Positions 41,301-53,849 of a stretch of 64,000 nucleotides of DNA are shown here, in pieces; the first letter of the stretch is position 1; the number at the start of each line of letters is the position of its first letter. The stretch covers positions 744,001 to 808,000 of the forward strand of contig NW_026865440.1 of assembly GCF_026571515.1 (NCBI RefSeq). Reading direction: 5' to 3'. Made by a program: the position numbers and the translations under genes. The DNA is from Ruditapes philippinarum (taxonomy: Eukaryota). The notes below the pieces were generated by a model, which was given only the letters and a program-made list of their open reading frames with translations, did not search any database and was not told where the DNA came from.

Positions 41301-41599
41301 TCTAACCTAAGGGCGTTAGGGGGAGTAGGGGTAGCGTTTTAACAGACACCTTGGATCACTTGATGATATTATAGACTTACATAGGTATAATTCCGACATT
41401 TGAAAAACCCAATGACGTAATATTTAGATATCTGAACCCGAGATATGTTTAAAATTGACTATTTTCCAAAGTCTTTATTTATTGATCAATATATTACTTC
41501 TTTTGGTATATGTACACCTTGCATGAACCAGCACTGTTCAATAGGATCAAGGTCCTTTTACAATTACCCTAAATTCAGCTGTCTCTGACCTCCTTAAGT

Positions 41600-43367
41600 A
41601 AAAGGACTTCTATACTAAGCAGTGGAAGAACAACGCTAGTTCCAAAAAAATTCGCTTCAGCAACAGCAAATATGATAAGCTAAATGACTTGGTATGGAAT
41701 TGGTTTTGTAAGGTTCGCTCTAAGAACATTCCAATATCTGGTGTGTTGATTCAAGAAAAATCCATGGAATATGCTAAGGAAATGGAACTTTTGGATTTTA
41801 AAGCTTCAAATGGCTGGTTAGACAGCTGGAAAAAGACATATTCTGTGAAGGGATTTAAGGTGGCTGGAGAAAGTGGTGGTGTTGATAGTGAAACTGTTTG
41901 GGATTATAAGAAACGCATTCCAGAAATAGTTAGTGGATATGATAAAAAGGACATTTTCAATTGTGATGAGACAGGACTTTATTACAGAGCCTTACCAGAT
42001 AAGACACTTGCAGTGAAAGGATTAAGTGTAAGCGGAACTAAAGTGTCTAAGGACAGAATCACTGTTTTGTTTGCTTGTAGTGCCGCTGGAGAAAAATTAA
42101 AACCCTTAGTGATCGCTAATTCATTTAATCTAAGGTGTCTGAAAAAATGTTAAACGTGATTCGTAGGGTGTGTATTATGTAGCTAACCGCAAAGAAATCG
42201 TCATGAACATGTTAAAGGGCGTAAATAAGGAAATGCGTAAACAAGGATGAAAAGTGTTACTGCTTTTTGATAATGCTACTTCACATGGTCATGCTATATC
42301 CCTGACTAATGTTACACTGAAATTTCTTCCAGCTAACACTACATCCCAGCTTCAACCTCTAGATCAAGGGATAATTCGTGCATTCAAGGCCATCTACAGG
42401 AAATACTTGTTAAGGTCATTGCTTAGTGCCATTGACAAAGTAGAAAACGTGCAAAGTTTATGTAAACAAGTGACTCTTCTTGACTGTATAGGGTGGGTTG
42501 TGAAAGCATGGAAAGATGTAAAAGTGACAACAATAGAAAGGTGCTTTGGTGTAGCAGGATTTTCAGACTCTGTGTTTATTGAGAATGAACAATGTGATAA
42601 TGATGAATTTGAGGATGATGATGTTCCTTTAGCTACACTTGTTGCTCAGTTTGCTCTCCAAATTGAAGACATTCACACCATTGATCAAGATGCAGAGACT
42701 GAGGATTCTTCCGATGATTGGGAGAAAACTCTGCTTGACAATTATAGAACTTCAGAAATGACTGAATGCGACCCTGAGGAAGAAATCATTTCGACAGAGA
42801 CATCACTTCCTGGTTCTGAAATGTCATATTCGGATGTTCTGTTGCTAGCTAATAAACTGAAAAATTTTGCACAGGAAAATGACACTAGCTTTTTAGAGAT
42901 AGCTAACGATTTAAAGTCTTATGACTGAAAGGAAAATAGTGAGTCGTAAGTGTACACAAAAACAGACCATGATTGACTCATTTTTTTAAAAAAAAGAGTG
43001 ATACTGGTTATGTATTGTACATGCCCTACCCTCTTATTGTTAAATGATGGGCTAGTGTAAAAATGAGTAAAAGAACAAAGAACATGTTTGTGATTACAAA
43101 TGTAGAAACACTTAAAGCAATAAAATTGAGTGAATATGTAGCATTTTGTTGTTGTTTGTATTTATTCATCTGTATTTAAATGAACAATGATAGTATGATT
43201 GCAAAAAAAATATTGATGTTACAATTTCATATGCATTTCTGTTTCCATTCCTTGAACTATTCCGCCTTCACTTGTTCAAATCCAAAGAGACCTTTCTAAT
43301 CCGGAAAACTGTCTTATCCGAACTTTTCGTCTGGTCCGGACAAGTTCGGATTAGACAGGTTCCACTG
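41600..43367 (+). mobile_element. 5'-truncated Tigger/pogo DNA transposon with disrupted DD30D transposase
   Basis: CENP-B HTH (FKASNGWLDSWKK), FNCDETGL, LLLFDNATSH, QPLDQGII (30 residues between D2 and D3), acidic tail. ORFs 41689-42153 and 42254-42928 are broken by a frameshift/deletion and stops. Intact 3' TIR ...gttcggattagacaggttccactg followed by TA; no 5' TIR seen. Confidence 0.95.
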
Positions 43368-44769
43368 TATATATATTTTTTCATTTCAGTCCGTTTATTT
43401 ATTGACGGATATATATAAGTTATTTGTAAAAAGATAATTTGCCCGCTCCTACCCCCGTATGTGGCACTTTATTTTATTGCGGTCTAGGTCACCGACGCTA
43501 ATGAAGTCGAATACGTGAATCTTACATGTTAAAATCATTGTCTTTGTTGTTTTAGATAAATGTTCATATTTTAAAACTCTTGAGCTAATGTGTTACAAAC
43601 AAGAAACATTAAAAATAGTTTATACATCGAGAATAAAGATTTTGAACTGTACGTTTCTCCTTTTAAATGATGTAGCTATTTTGTTGTTCAGCAACATACA
43701 TAAAAAAGAAAAAAAAAGAAAAAAGAAAAGAAAAAAGACACACACACAAAACCACGCAGTGTTATTTTGGTTAGGTCATTTTTTTTCAAGGTGTATGCTG
43801 CTTACAAATTGAAGTGTTAAAGCCTAAATGTATGTGTATTTAGTGTTTACATATGTTGTTGAAGTCCAAGGGGGGAAACAAGAACTAGTAAATCCTAAAA
43901 ATTTTGGATGTGTTCTCATTGTCTCCCTTGAGATATAAATTACTACCTTAAAAAGGTAAAGTCGAAAATATTGCCGGCTTGGTTTGGCTGAGCCTATAAT
44001 GGACAGCACGGATAAATGAAAAGTCGCAAAAAGGCGCTATAGCACAAGTTTACGCACAGCTTAACATTTAAGAAGACATTCGTTAATTCATACTGATAAG
44101 TCATTTACTACCTTTAAAGCTTACAGTGCTTAGTCCAGTGTATCTCCGCATTGACCTTGAGGATTCACAAATTTAACTGGTTGTTTCCGTTTTACATGTC
44201 TAGCTTCTATAAATCTTAACTCACATTTAATTTCTGATTTTGTGCATAACCGTTCCTCGAAATCAAGTTTGGGATTCGGATAATTTTTATGTATTCGTAC
44301 CTACTATTGATGTTGTGCAAATTGCTTTTGGTCAATAATCTGGCTGGAATATTGATATATTTTGAAATATTTTGTTATGCCAAGTGCCGTTATGGTTAAC
44401 ACCGACGTATTTCTACACGTATGTGCATACCTAATTTTTTTTAACAATTCTGATCTTATTTATAACAAAACACTATGTATTCCTCTATCTGCAGATAGTT
44501 GTTTGGTCGGCGGCTTGAAGATATGAAGCACTGTTTCTGTGGCAAAATAAACCCTCTATGCAATAAGGATGTATCTAACCAAATTAAAAGAAAAGAAGCA
44601 AGGATACTTGCATATAATTTCGATTGGACATGCTCGTGATAGACAAAGAATTGCGTATTATCCTTACAACACTTTATTCCATCATTTCAAAAGAAATTTA
44701 TTTTTTTCGGAATAAATGTCATAGGAATCAATCTTTCAAAAAAGAACAGATGTGTTTTGGTGTTTTGTT

Positions 44770-45198
44770 TTATAAAAGCCAACCGGAAAATGTTGACAAC
44801 CTAGATCCCATCAATGTGTGTGTGTGTGGTTCTTCATTGACCGTATAGATACGAGATCTCCAGCTTGAAGACTTTCAACAACAGTATTGGAGGCTACTGC
44901 TATGTCGTTGTGATCTGCTGAATCTGATAACGTTGTTCCATGCATAATCCCATGTACAATTAATTGAGTAAACATGTGGGTTCGTCATGATTGGCAGCGG
45001 TCCATGAAAATACGTATGTCCCAGCAATCGGTGCTGTAAAGACCCCATCTACTTTATTGTAAGCATTCCCGATGTTTGCTGTGACTAAATCAAACTCAAT
45101 TGTCTAATAGTTTCCCAGGGCAGTCTTGTCTTGGGTTAGCTCTGCGTAGAAAGCGACTTTTGTAATTGGTATCTGAGACTCAAGGAGCCGCCTCTCCC
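44770..45198 (-). pseudogene. C1q-domain-containing (C1qDC) pseudogene, gC1q exon
   Basis: Reads KVAFYAEL..TIEFDLVTANIGNAYNKVDGVFTAPIAGTYVFSW...LQAGDLVSIR...STFSGWLL*. Premature TAG at 45104-45106; frameshifts near 44984 and in the (CA)n run at ~44815-44828; acceptor ttacag at 45199. Confidence 0.92.
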
Positions 45199-45948
45199 CT
45201 GTAATTGACATTGAACAGACGTCCAAACGATAATTTCAAATGGAACGTTATCAAATATAAAAAAACATAACTCTTTTCTTCAAATTTTAGATAAGTGTTA
45301 TACAAATTTTCTTAATAGCGCTGTAATCTATCTTTACCTCATCATTACTATTGGTGCTTTGTTTTGTTTAATACGTTAGTGTATGAGTTTGACCTTAAGT
45401 GCGCACGCAAAAATGCACAAAAAGATGCATTTATGTTCAAAAACAGCAGGAGTACCGTGCAAACACATTAAAATATTTTTCGTAATTTGAAAAGTCATTC
45501 ATTTATTATTTTTAGCTATATAAATTAATATTTTAATGAATACAGTGAATTTCTTAATAGAAGAAACTGGTAAAGTTTTACTTTCTCACCACCACCTCTT
45601 GCTCAATTTAAAGGCAAATTTATCACTTTCACATCCATGTATTTTTCCCTTCAGATTTTCTTATTTAAACTGTCAAATGACTTCACACTCTCGGGTTAAA
45701 CGCCTTACAAAGCCGGTATCTTAAAGGAAAGCAAAGGAAGGAACACCAAAATATCCAAATCAGACCTATATGTCTGTTCACGAATAGAATTATTAAACCT
45801 TTTATCGTGCAAGAACCCATGGAAATGATTAGATCCCATGGTAAAATGGCTCGTGCTTTAAATACGCCATTATTCTTCTGTAGACATAAGTGTACGAAAA
45901 AAAAGGCACATTAATCGTATATACTAGTAAGATTATAAAATTACTCAC

Positions 45949-46220
45949 GAGATGGTCCAACATGTTTGGCTAATATCAAGAACTGATGTTGTAGATCATT
46001 GTATCGTGCTTCTTGCATAGCTAGTATATGAAACAACTTATCAATTTTTTCATCGTAGTCATATTTCATTTCATAAATCATCATTTCAAAATGTTCCGTG
46101 CATGCCTGAAAGTGACGGTCCTCTAACTTCTGCCAGGTATTACATTTTGTACTATACATTCCTAGAAATAATGTTATAATACTTAACACTGTAAAATGCT
46201 TCTTTTTGAATTAAACGCAT
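45949..46220 (-). pseudogene. C1qDC pseudogene exon 1: signal peptide plus coiled-coil
   Basis: Hydrophobic VLSIITLFLGMYSTKC then heptad-like helix. Donor gtgagt at 45948 is phase 1 and matches the gC1q exon. ATG at 46220 is out of frame by 1 nt (A5 run). Confidence 0.75.
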
Positions 46221-46384
46221 TTTTTTCTCTCAAGTTAATAGAGTCTTTCGGGCGATATCTGAATGTAATAGCTTAAGATAATTCGAAGATGAGACACTGG
46301 CCTTTCTTATAAAATAGGTCATTCGTTTACGGAAATACAAATCTTATTTTGATAACAATTAAAGTAACGTTACAAACTCTTAAT

Positions 46385-46593
46385 TATGTTGGCTGATTTG
46401 TGCCATTCGTGTTTTCGCCCCGCCAAGCGAAAGTCGAGAATTAACGAATTAAATTGGCGGTGGCGCGGAGCGAAAGCACGCTTATTAACGGGGCGAGGGC
46501 CAAGTTTAATAAATAAAATTTCGCTCCGCAATTTTAATAAAATTTCGAATTTTCGCTTGGCGGAAACATAAATGGCATAAATCAGCCACCATA
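46385..46593. mobile_element. MITE, ~210 bp, ~45-bp imperfect TIRs, TA-flanked
   Basis: tatgttggctgatttgtgccattcgtgttttcgcc..aagcgaaa pairs with tttcgcttggcggaaacataaatggcataaatcagccaccata; CpG-rich body. Confidence 0.88.
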
Positions 46594-49382
46594 CTTAATT
46601 GATATCACGGCATTGGAGTCCTGCTTAGTAACGCCTTATGGGTAATTGATTTAAATAGAATCATACAGCAAGAATCTGATAATTCTAATTATATTTATTT
46701 GAAGTTCATTTAACAAAAACTAAATTCATGCTTTACAAGAAAGCAAGAATTGTAAGAATTAAGCACATTGTAATCAGAACCTTCATGCCTATGCGAATAC
46801 GACGCAGATTATACATTTTGCAAACGTCACAGGCGCTAATGTCATAAATTCACTCGTATTTGCCGCTGAACGCAGTACAAGGTCGGTGCATATGAACCCA
46901 TTGAGTGAATACTCATATTCTGATACAATGAAGTATCCTTTGGATGAAAAATTCAGGGTGTCACTTACAAATATCAACTTAAGCATATAACTCTTGTCTT
47001 GTTTTCTGATTGTATAAAATATTGTTGCCTGATTGTATAAAAAAAACTCATGCATCATCAAATTGAAAGCATAAGACACTTTTTGATTTTCATATCATTT
47101 AAAAGGATTGCTGGTGGCATCCATTTTTGCGTTTCAAATTGAAGTTAATGAATCTCATTTAAAGCCTAAAACCATTAGAACCAGTCTGCAAAAAATGTTA
47201 TGTCCATGTTCCACTTTAAAGTACGACTTAACTTGAACGGAAAATCAAAAGTGAACAAATCAGTAAAACGAAAAAATTGGAAAATGACATTTATGTTACA
47301 TTTAATACTTTAAACTGTATAATTAGTTTTATGAAGAGCGTTTTACTTTTTCATGTTTCGAAATACAGTATTAGTAATTACTAAACACTTTAGCTACACT
47401 ATCACTTAGCACTATTATATGATCGAGTGAATCATAAGCATCTTACACGATAAAATAATTGCTTTTATTTTTTAGAAAAATATTCATATTTCTATTGAAA
47501 TAGTAATATATTACAAACAAAGCATGTTCAGAATATGTAAAATAGTTGATACATCGATGATATATATTTCCTTGATCAACAACAGGCATGAAGAAAAGTA
47601 AAAAAAGATGTATACTGCTTACATATACACATTTAAAGCCATGACGTTGTTTGTTTTTGGGGTAAATGGGTAAGTGAGTTTTAAGACAGCAATGTCGAAC
47701 ATATATTTCATGACGCTAAACATACAAATATTGTATCTGTAAAGACATGTGCATGGGTTAAGCTTCTTTAAACTTTTCTCCAGAAGAACCTGTCTGCTTA
47801 TTTCCAATATGGCATATGCATTACATAAAACAGAAATCTGTAAAATGTCCAGCCAACACCTTTCGCAAAGTATAGTGCAATATATACTCACTGGAAACGT
47901 AGACTTGTACCACTAGTATATATTAATTCATGTATCTTAAAACGGCCAATTACAAACATGTCTTACTACTGAGTTGTGACGCTTAAAAGGACCATTTTGA
48001 TTGCAAAATATATGCAAGATAATAGTTTTTCTTTCTATTTGAATTGAACTAATGGATATCATGTTACTGTAATAAGAGACAATACAAATAAATTGAATCC
48101 GAACTTATAACAGTTGTTATGGTTTCAAAAATGTTACCACTAAGATGCCATGCCAAAGTCATGCCTAATTTGGGTTTAAGATAACTTCGACTAATTCTGA
48201 TTGATAAATTCAGTATATGTGAAATAAAAGCTTGCTTCAAAGCACCAAACATTGGTTGCTATGGTTATCCTTTATTCTTCCTAAGTATAAAATATCCTAC
48301 CTGATAATGAAAGTGTAAATAAGTTGTTTAAATTGAATTTACCAGTTATAACTAAAACTTTGTTATTTGAAGGACTCTTTTTCAGAAATGAGGAAAGTCT
48401 GAACAATTTATAATATCTACTTTATGAAAAATGTTTTGACAAATAACACAAGCAAAATGATTGTTACTACTCCAAATGTTTAAAATATGTATAAAAAGAT
48501 ACCCTACGCCACCCATTTTAAACACTTGTTTGTTCATTTTCCTACTGAGAGAGCCTAAACCAAAATATACCTAAAATAACCAAAACGTGGGGCTGTTTTC
48601 AAAGTTTGCTTAAATATTTTCAAAAGCATATTGGTTAATCAAATTTTAAATACTTTTACCTTTACCTATTATATTAGACTTTTAAAATATTAGGTACCAT
48701 ATTTGTTTTTAAATTTAGAATTATTTAGCAAATACATACGTCATATGATTATATAATTATAATTAAACATTGTTTTGCATTCCAAACGGTTCTGAGAGAT
48801 ACATCAATAATGTCAAAAAATAAAATAAAAAAAAATTCCATTCTTGTGTTTGAAAACACGATCCTCAGTTTCAATGCAGTCGCCTAATTAAACAATCTTC
48901 AAAGCGGAGGTAATGCATTGAGAGGGTTATAGTCTTTACGTATTTGGCAAATAACATTTGCTGAGTTTATATTATAAATATATAAATATCAAAAATATTT
49001 ACACATAAAGGAAAGGATCAGTTTTAAACAATAAGCAAAATTGAATACACAGTTGATATTCCAGGTATTAGCAAATTACATTTTACAAGTGAATTATAGT
49101 AACAAAAGAAAAGAAAAGAAAAAGAAGAAAACATCAAACATCCGGTGGAAATGTGAAATTGGAATGTTTTAAAACACAGCTTATATAGCTGAAAATACTC
49201 TATATGTCTTATGTATTTCCGTTTTGACTGTTTGCTTAAATTCGGTAAAAAAACAACATAACACTCCAACAATCATGTAATTACTATCATACAGTTGTAT
49301 CTGATCAGCTGTGTACATATTATGATATGTCTTCAAATAAAGATAAAGTTAACCAACACATGTCTGTTGCTAGTATCTACAT

Positions 49383-50285
49383 TTACCCAGAATCAATATT
49401 CCTCAATGTACAAATGTTATATACTTGTATCCTCATCGGTTCTATATGTCGTCTTAAACTTGGAAAGCAAATCACCACAATTCTTAGCAATTCTAATCGG
49501 CATTCCTTAAACCACAAAACATACGAGCACGTGTTTGCAAGTCCAAATATTAGATAAATTATACTGCTGTAAAATATCAGTAAACGTGGTGACGTCACAG
49601 TGATGACTATTGTGAAATAAAACATTGTTGTAACGACAATATTTATAATATACAAAATAACAACTGATGTTGATTTGTAAAGATGGAAGAAAGAGCTTGT
49701 CCGAACACTCATTCGCATTGATTGATTTCTGATGATTCTAAATATTACAACATAGCATAGAAAAGGTACTATAACGTTGAAGATGAACAATACACTGATA
49801 ATCAGGATAAAAGATACAGAACACGTATTAGAACTTATGTCCATAACCATAACAGACATATTGGAACAAAAACCAGATATATGGAGATGAATCAGAAGAA
49901 AGACAGCTGCCCAAATAATAACTATTATTTTCCATGGCTGTCTTTTAAAGACCAGTTGTAGATATTTGTTAGGCCAGTTGATAGCAAAAAGTCTATCAAC
50001 CGCCATCATGCTTACCGTCAGATGAGAAAGAGTGATTGAAACAAAAGCACATTTCAATGTTATTGAAAAAACAAATGTGTTTTCATTTAAGAATGCAATT
50101 GTGACGTAGCAACATGTCACGAGGAAATCAAAAATGAGAAGTCCTACGTTCAGACACTTTGTTGTTTTGGGTAATTTCTTCGTTCTTACAAGTGCAATTA
50201 GAGAAAGTAATATAAAAATTAGTGTGGCTAACTGTAGAGGAAGAATGATAAAATCTCTGATGATGGGTACTCTTAAAATAACCAT
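49383..50285 (-). CDS. Orphan rhodopsin-like (class A) GPCR, paralogue A, single coding exon, 300 aa
   Basis: Seven hydrophobic segments, TM2 D53, MAVDRL..I.WP.KY, TM4 W, TM5 CY, TM7 NTCSY plus FKECR helix 8. Confidence 0.92.
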   Translation of the reverse strand: MVILRVPIIRDFIILPLQLATLIFILLSLIALVRTKKLPKTTKCLNVGLLIFDFLVTCCYVTIAFLNENTFVFSITLKCAFVSITLSHLTVSMMAVDRLFAINWPNKYLQLVFKRQPWKIIVIIWAAVFLLIHLHISGFCSNMSVMVMDISSNTCSVSFILIISVLFIFNVIVPFLCYVVIFRIIRNQSMRMSVRTSSFFHLYKSTSVVILYIINIVVTTMFYFTIVITVTSPRLLIFYSSIIYLIFGLANTCSYVLWFKECRLELLRIVVICFPSLRRHIEPMRIQVYNICTLRNIDSG

Positions 50286-50419
50286 ATTAAATTCCTGTCG
50301 TAATCATATAACACAGTCCTCACTTTACTTTGTTGTAGCTCACTGACAATTCTGAAATTATATAAAAATACAGTTTTATTGCATATTTACCAGCGTGATG
50401 TATTCTAGTAAAAGAGGAT

Positions 50420-50735
50420 TTGTGTGTATGTTTTTCTGATTTTTAACACATTTTATGGTCATATTTCTGCTGTCGATCCATTTGACAGGCTTTCCAGGAT
50501 AACTAACCATAATTACCAAACTATCCGCATTCTCCAACATGTTTTCTGTTAAAAGTCAGTTGATGATCCCGACTTGTCTTTCTGAGTAATATGTTCAAAC
50601 GTTTGTTTCTTGGATTTTAAGTCAAATAGAGACTGTAAAGGTAACATGGTGACTTTCAAACAAAACCAAAGCGAAACACATCGGTGATGGATGTGTAAAT
50701 TATTTAAAGTCAGCGACCTTCGGCACCACGATTTT
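50420..50735 (-). mobile_element. Degenerate tRNA-derived SINE remnant(s)
   Basis: Motifs ggtcatat, ctgtaaaggtaacatggtggactttc and aagtcagcgacctt resemble mollusc SINE body/head in reverse orientation; by recall only. Confidence 0.35.
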
Positions 50736-52805
50736 AATATAAAAATGCTATATAATCACGAATCTAAAACGTAAATATTAAATGTTGTTTTCTTTATCTA
50801 TTGGAATAAATGTGTAGATTGCGTGATAATGAGCGTTATTTTCGATGTAAAAACACGATAACATGTAATCATTTACTGCCAAATGATAGCGAAAATTAAG
50901 ATCAATTTAGCTAATTGTTGTATATCTAATAAAGAACAATAAGATGGATTGAAATACCGGACAAATAGTCTCTATTTATGATACGAAATTATAGTAAAAT
51001 ATTGTAAAGTTTTGTCAGAAATAAATCAGTTCATAGGTCGCGTCTCTACAAAACGACCAAGAAGAACATCTACTTGTTAACCAATATGCATTTTCTTGCT
51101 CTGATCTAAATGATTGCCCTTTTAAATTGAAGTATTAGAGTAGATACAACCAGAAAATGTTCCATGACATTGTCACCATTTGAAAGTATTTTCTTTTTCT
51201 GTTAATGCCTGTGTTATTTCATACGTTGGGCAAATCAACGCCGTATTATGTTATCAATCATACAATAATTTAACAGAGATGTTATACATGTATTAAAATT
51301 CAGTCTTTAAAAGAAGTGGTCAAACCTAGGAAAAAAACACGTCCACATAACAACATCATAGATAATAAATGTGCGACCACTTATCTTACTTTGCACTAAA
51401 ATTGACTTATTTAGCCAATAGGTTTATATATTTACTTTTCTTACATTTTCGCTATATAAAATAATTTCAGTGCTACAATTTATTCTTTATACTAAATGTC
51501 AATTTTATCACAAATAATATTGTCTTTTGTCAAAATTATTCATATAAAACTTAAACTTACATGCCATATTTAAACCAAGCAAGGTTACATATACATATGA
51601 CGGTAAAATACATGTAATGGTAATGTCTTTCTAAACAATATAACCCATTTATGTTTTACCACATCAATTTGAACAAATTCAATTGTTTGATTAACAAATA
51701 TTAAATTTAATTTATAATCTTATCAAATCTTATCATATACATATGTATATTATATCCGATGCATTATTCTGCTGAAGCTACCCGTATGCTTATGAACAAA
51801 AAAAAAACATTTAAGAAAATTAAGAAAAAAAACCTTACCGTTCACAGACAGAAACGTTGTTACACTTATTAAATAAAACTGATTTTGTATACTCTATATT
51901 CGTAATCATCCAAATAGGTTTTATTCATTCTGTATTTTATAGTTGATATTGTCTAAATTGAACTGTCCGCTTTTATATGCTAGATTTGATATTGGTAAGT
52001 GACGAGAAGCTGTATCACACATTCGAAAAGGTGGTGATTTAGACGTGAATTTGATAATTGACAACAGCGATAAATGCTGTTGCTTAATACAATATAAACA
52101 TGTTTATTTGCATATCATTTTATCAATTTAGTTTTAGTTCAGTTTAAAAGTTGTCTTAGGCAATCATCAAAATATTTGTCTTTGGGCATTTACAAAAAAT
52201 ACAGTTCTTTATGGCAAGACAGTTACATACAAGTACATAAAAATATATAAAGCACAAAACAGAAGAATCACATGCAGGTCAGAAGCAAGAACAGTTTGTC
52301 GTAAATATATAGCTTCTTCAATATATTTTGCAATATTATACATAAATTGTTTTCTTTAAAATGACATGATTGCGTTCAACTTTTATAAAGTAGCCAAGGA
52401 ACAATGACCAAAACATTTGGATCTTATACAGCTAAAAGTTAAAATGGTACTCGGATTCTATTGTTTTTTTTGGCTACACAACTTGCAAATCTATTATTTC
52501 TATATACATTACTGTAACTTCATAATTCTATTTCTAAACTATTTAAGCGTAATCGTGAACTGGTTATATGATGCTTTAATCTTTCATTTGATATATGTAA
52601 CATCTCAATAGTTTTCATAACAAAATTCCATTCTGAAGAAATTTAGATATCATTCTTAATTTTGATAAACTGGTGTAGTATCCAGGAAAAAAACCACAGC
52701 AAACAAACAATCTTATGTTCGGATAATATCCCTAATGGTCTAAAACAGAATTAAAAAAAGATTGTTACATAGATTAATATAAATGTTGTAAATAGGTAGA
52801 TTATT

Positions 52806-52850
52806 GGCGTCCGCGCCGAAGCGCGGCGCCCTTATTTCGGCGCGGACGCC
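52806..52850. repeat. Perfect 15-bp GC-rich inverted repeat (ggcgtccgcgccgaa / ttcggcgcggacgcc, 15-nt loop)
   Basis: Direct reading. Confidence 0.9.
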
Positions 52851-53849
52851 CTATGGAATGAAATAAGATTTTGTGAAAGGGCGACAGCAACTTCTCGAGC
52901 CTTTTAGTCGGTCATAATAAAAGCCGATCATTCCGATCAGTATGAGGGTGCTTGATTATTAATTAAGAATGAATTGTCGCGATATGTTACAATGAATAGC
53001 GAACTAAAGAATTTCGCAATACAAACACTTTCAAATGAAATAACCTTTTCCGTCAATAAATCGCGCTCTTCGGGGTTTTTTATTTATCATTTTGTAGTAC
53101 ACAGTGGGTTATCATGGTATGTTATATTGTTGTACATGTATCCTAGAATGATCAGTTGATGACCTAAATATTCCGAAAATCTTTTTATAGATACATGTAT
53201 ATCTATTTATCACTCCTATCGGTTATTCCCGGTCTCTCCCGGTCTATTTTGACCGGGATTTACTAGTGACCGGCGAAAAGTACCACACGTTTATTGTCCG
53301 GTCTCTCCCGGTTTTGGAGTAGATGTTTGATATCGTTATAATTAAAAAAAAACCCAACAACAACAACAATAGCATGTTTCATTTTATCTATATGAGATAA
53401 AAACAATAAATATGTACAATAATTGAGAAAAGGGTACATTTTTATGGTATTTATATGACACCATCAACTTTGAAACATTTTATTTAATTTGTTATCCGTG
53501 TTTAGTAAAGATGCCGAGGGATTATTGAAAGTTACTAATTAGATTTTGTGAATTATTCAATTGATTAATAATTTAAAAAATGATAAAGAAAAATACAAAT
53601 GTACCTGTACATGGTTTGAGAATAAACACTATAATATATTGAAAGATAAACCATAATTTACTGACTTTTTCCAGTTAAGTTTTGACTTATAATCGGCGGT
53701 CAATATGACAATTGAATTCTTAAAAATAGTTTTAAAATTTAAAAAAAGAGTAGTACGCTCGTAAACATAAAAACTCAGTATTAAAATAGCACATAAAACA
53801 CAAAAAAGAAAAGAAAACAATAGTCATAAGATTTGTATTTTTTTTTTAT

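Noticed and set aside
41689-42928. Domesticated TIGD4/TIGD6-like gene
   Set aside because: Frameshifted, truncated and still carries a TIR with TA flank.
44130-44320. Minus-strand frame containing PKLDFEERLC
   Set aside because: At most a tiny decayed LINE C-terminus; too little to call.
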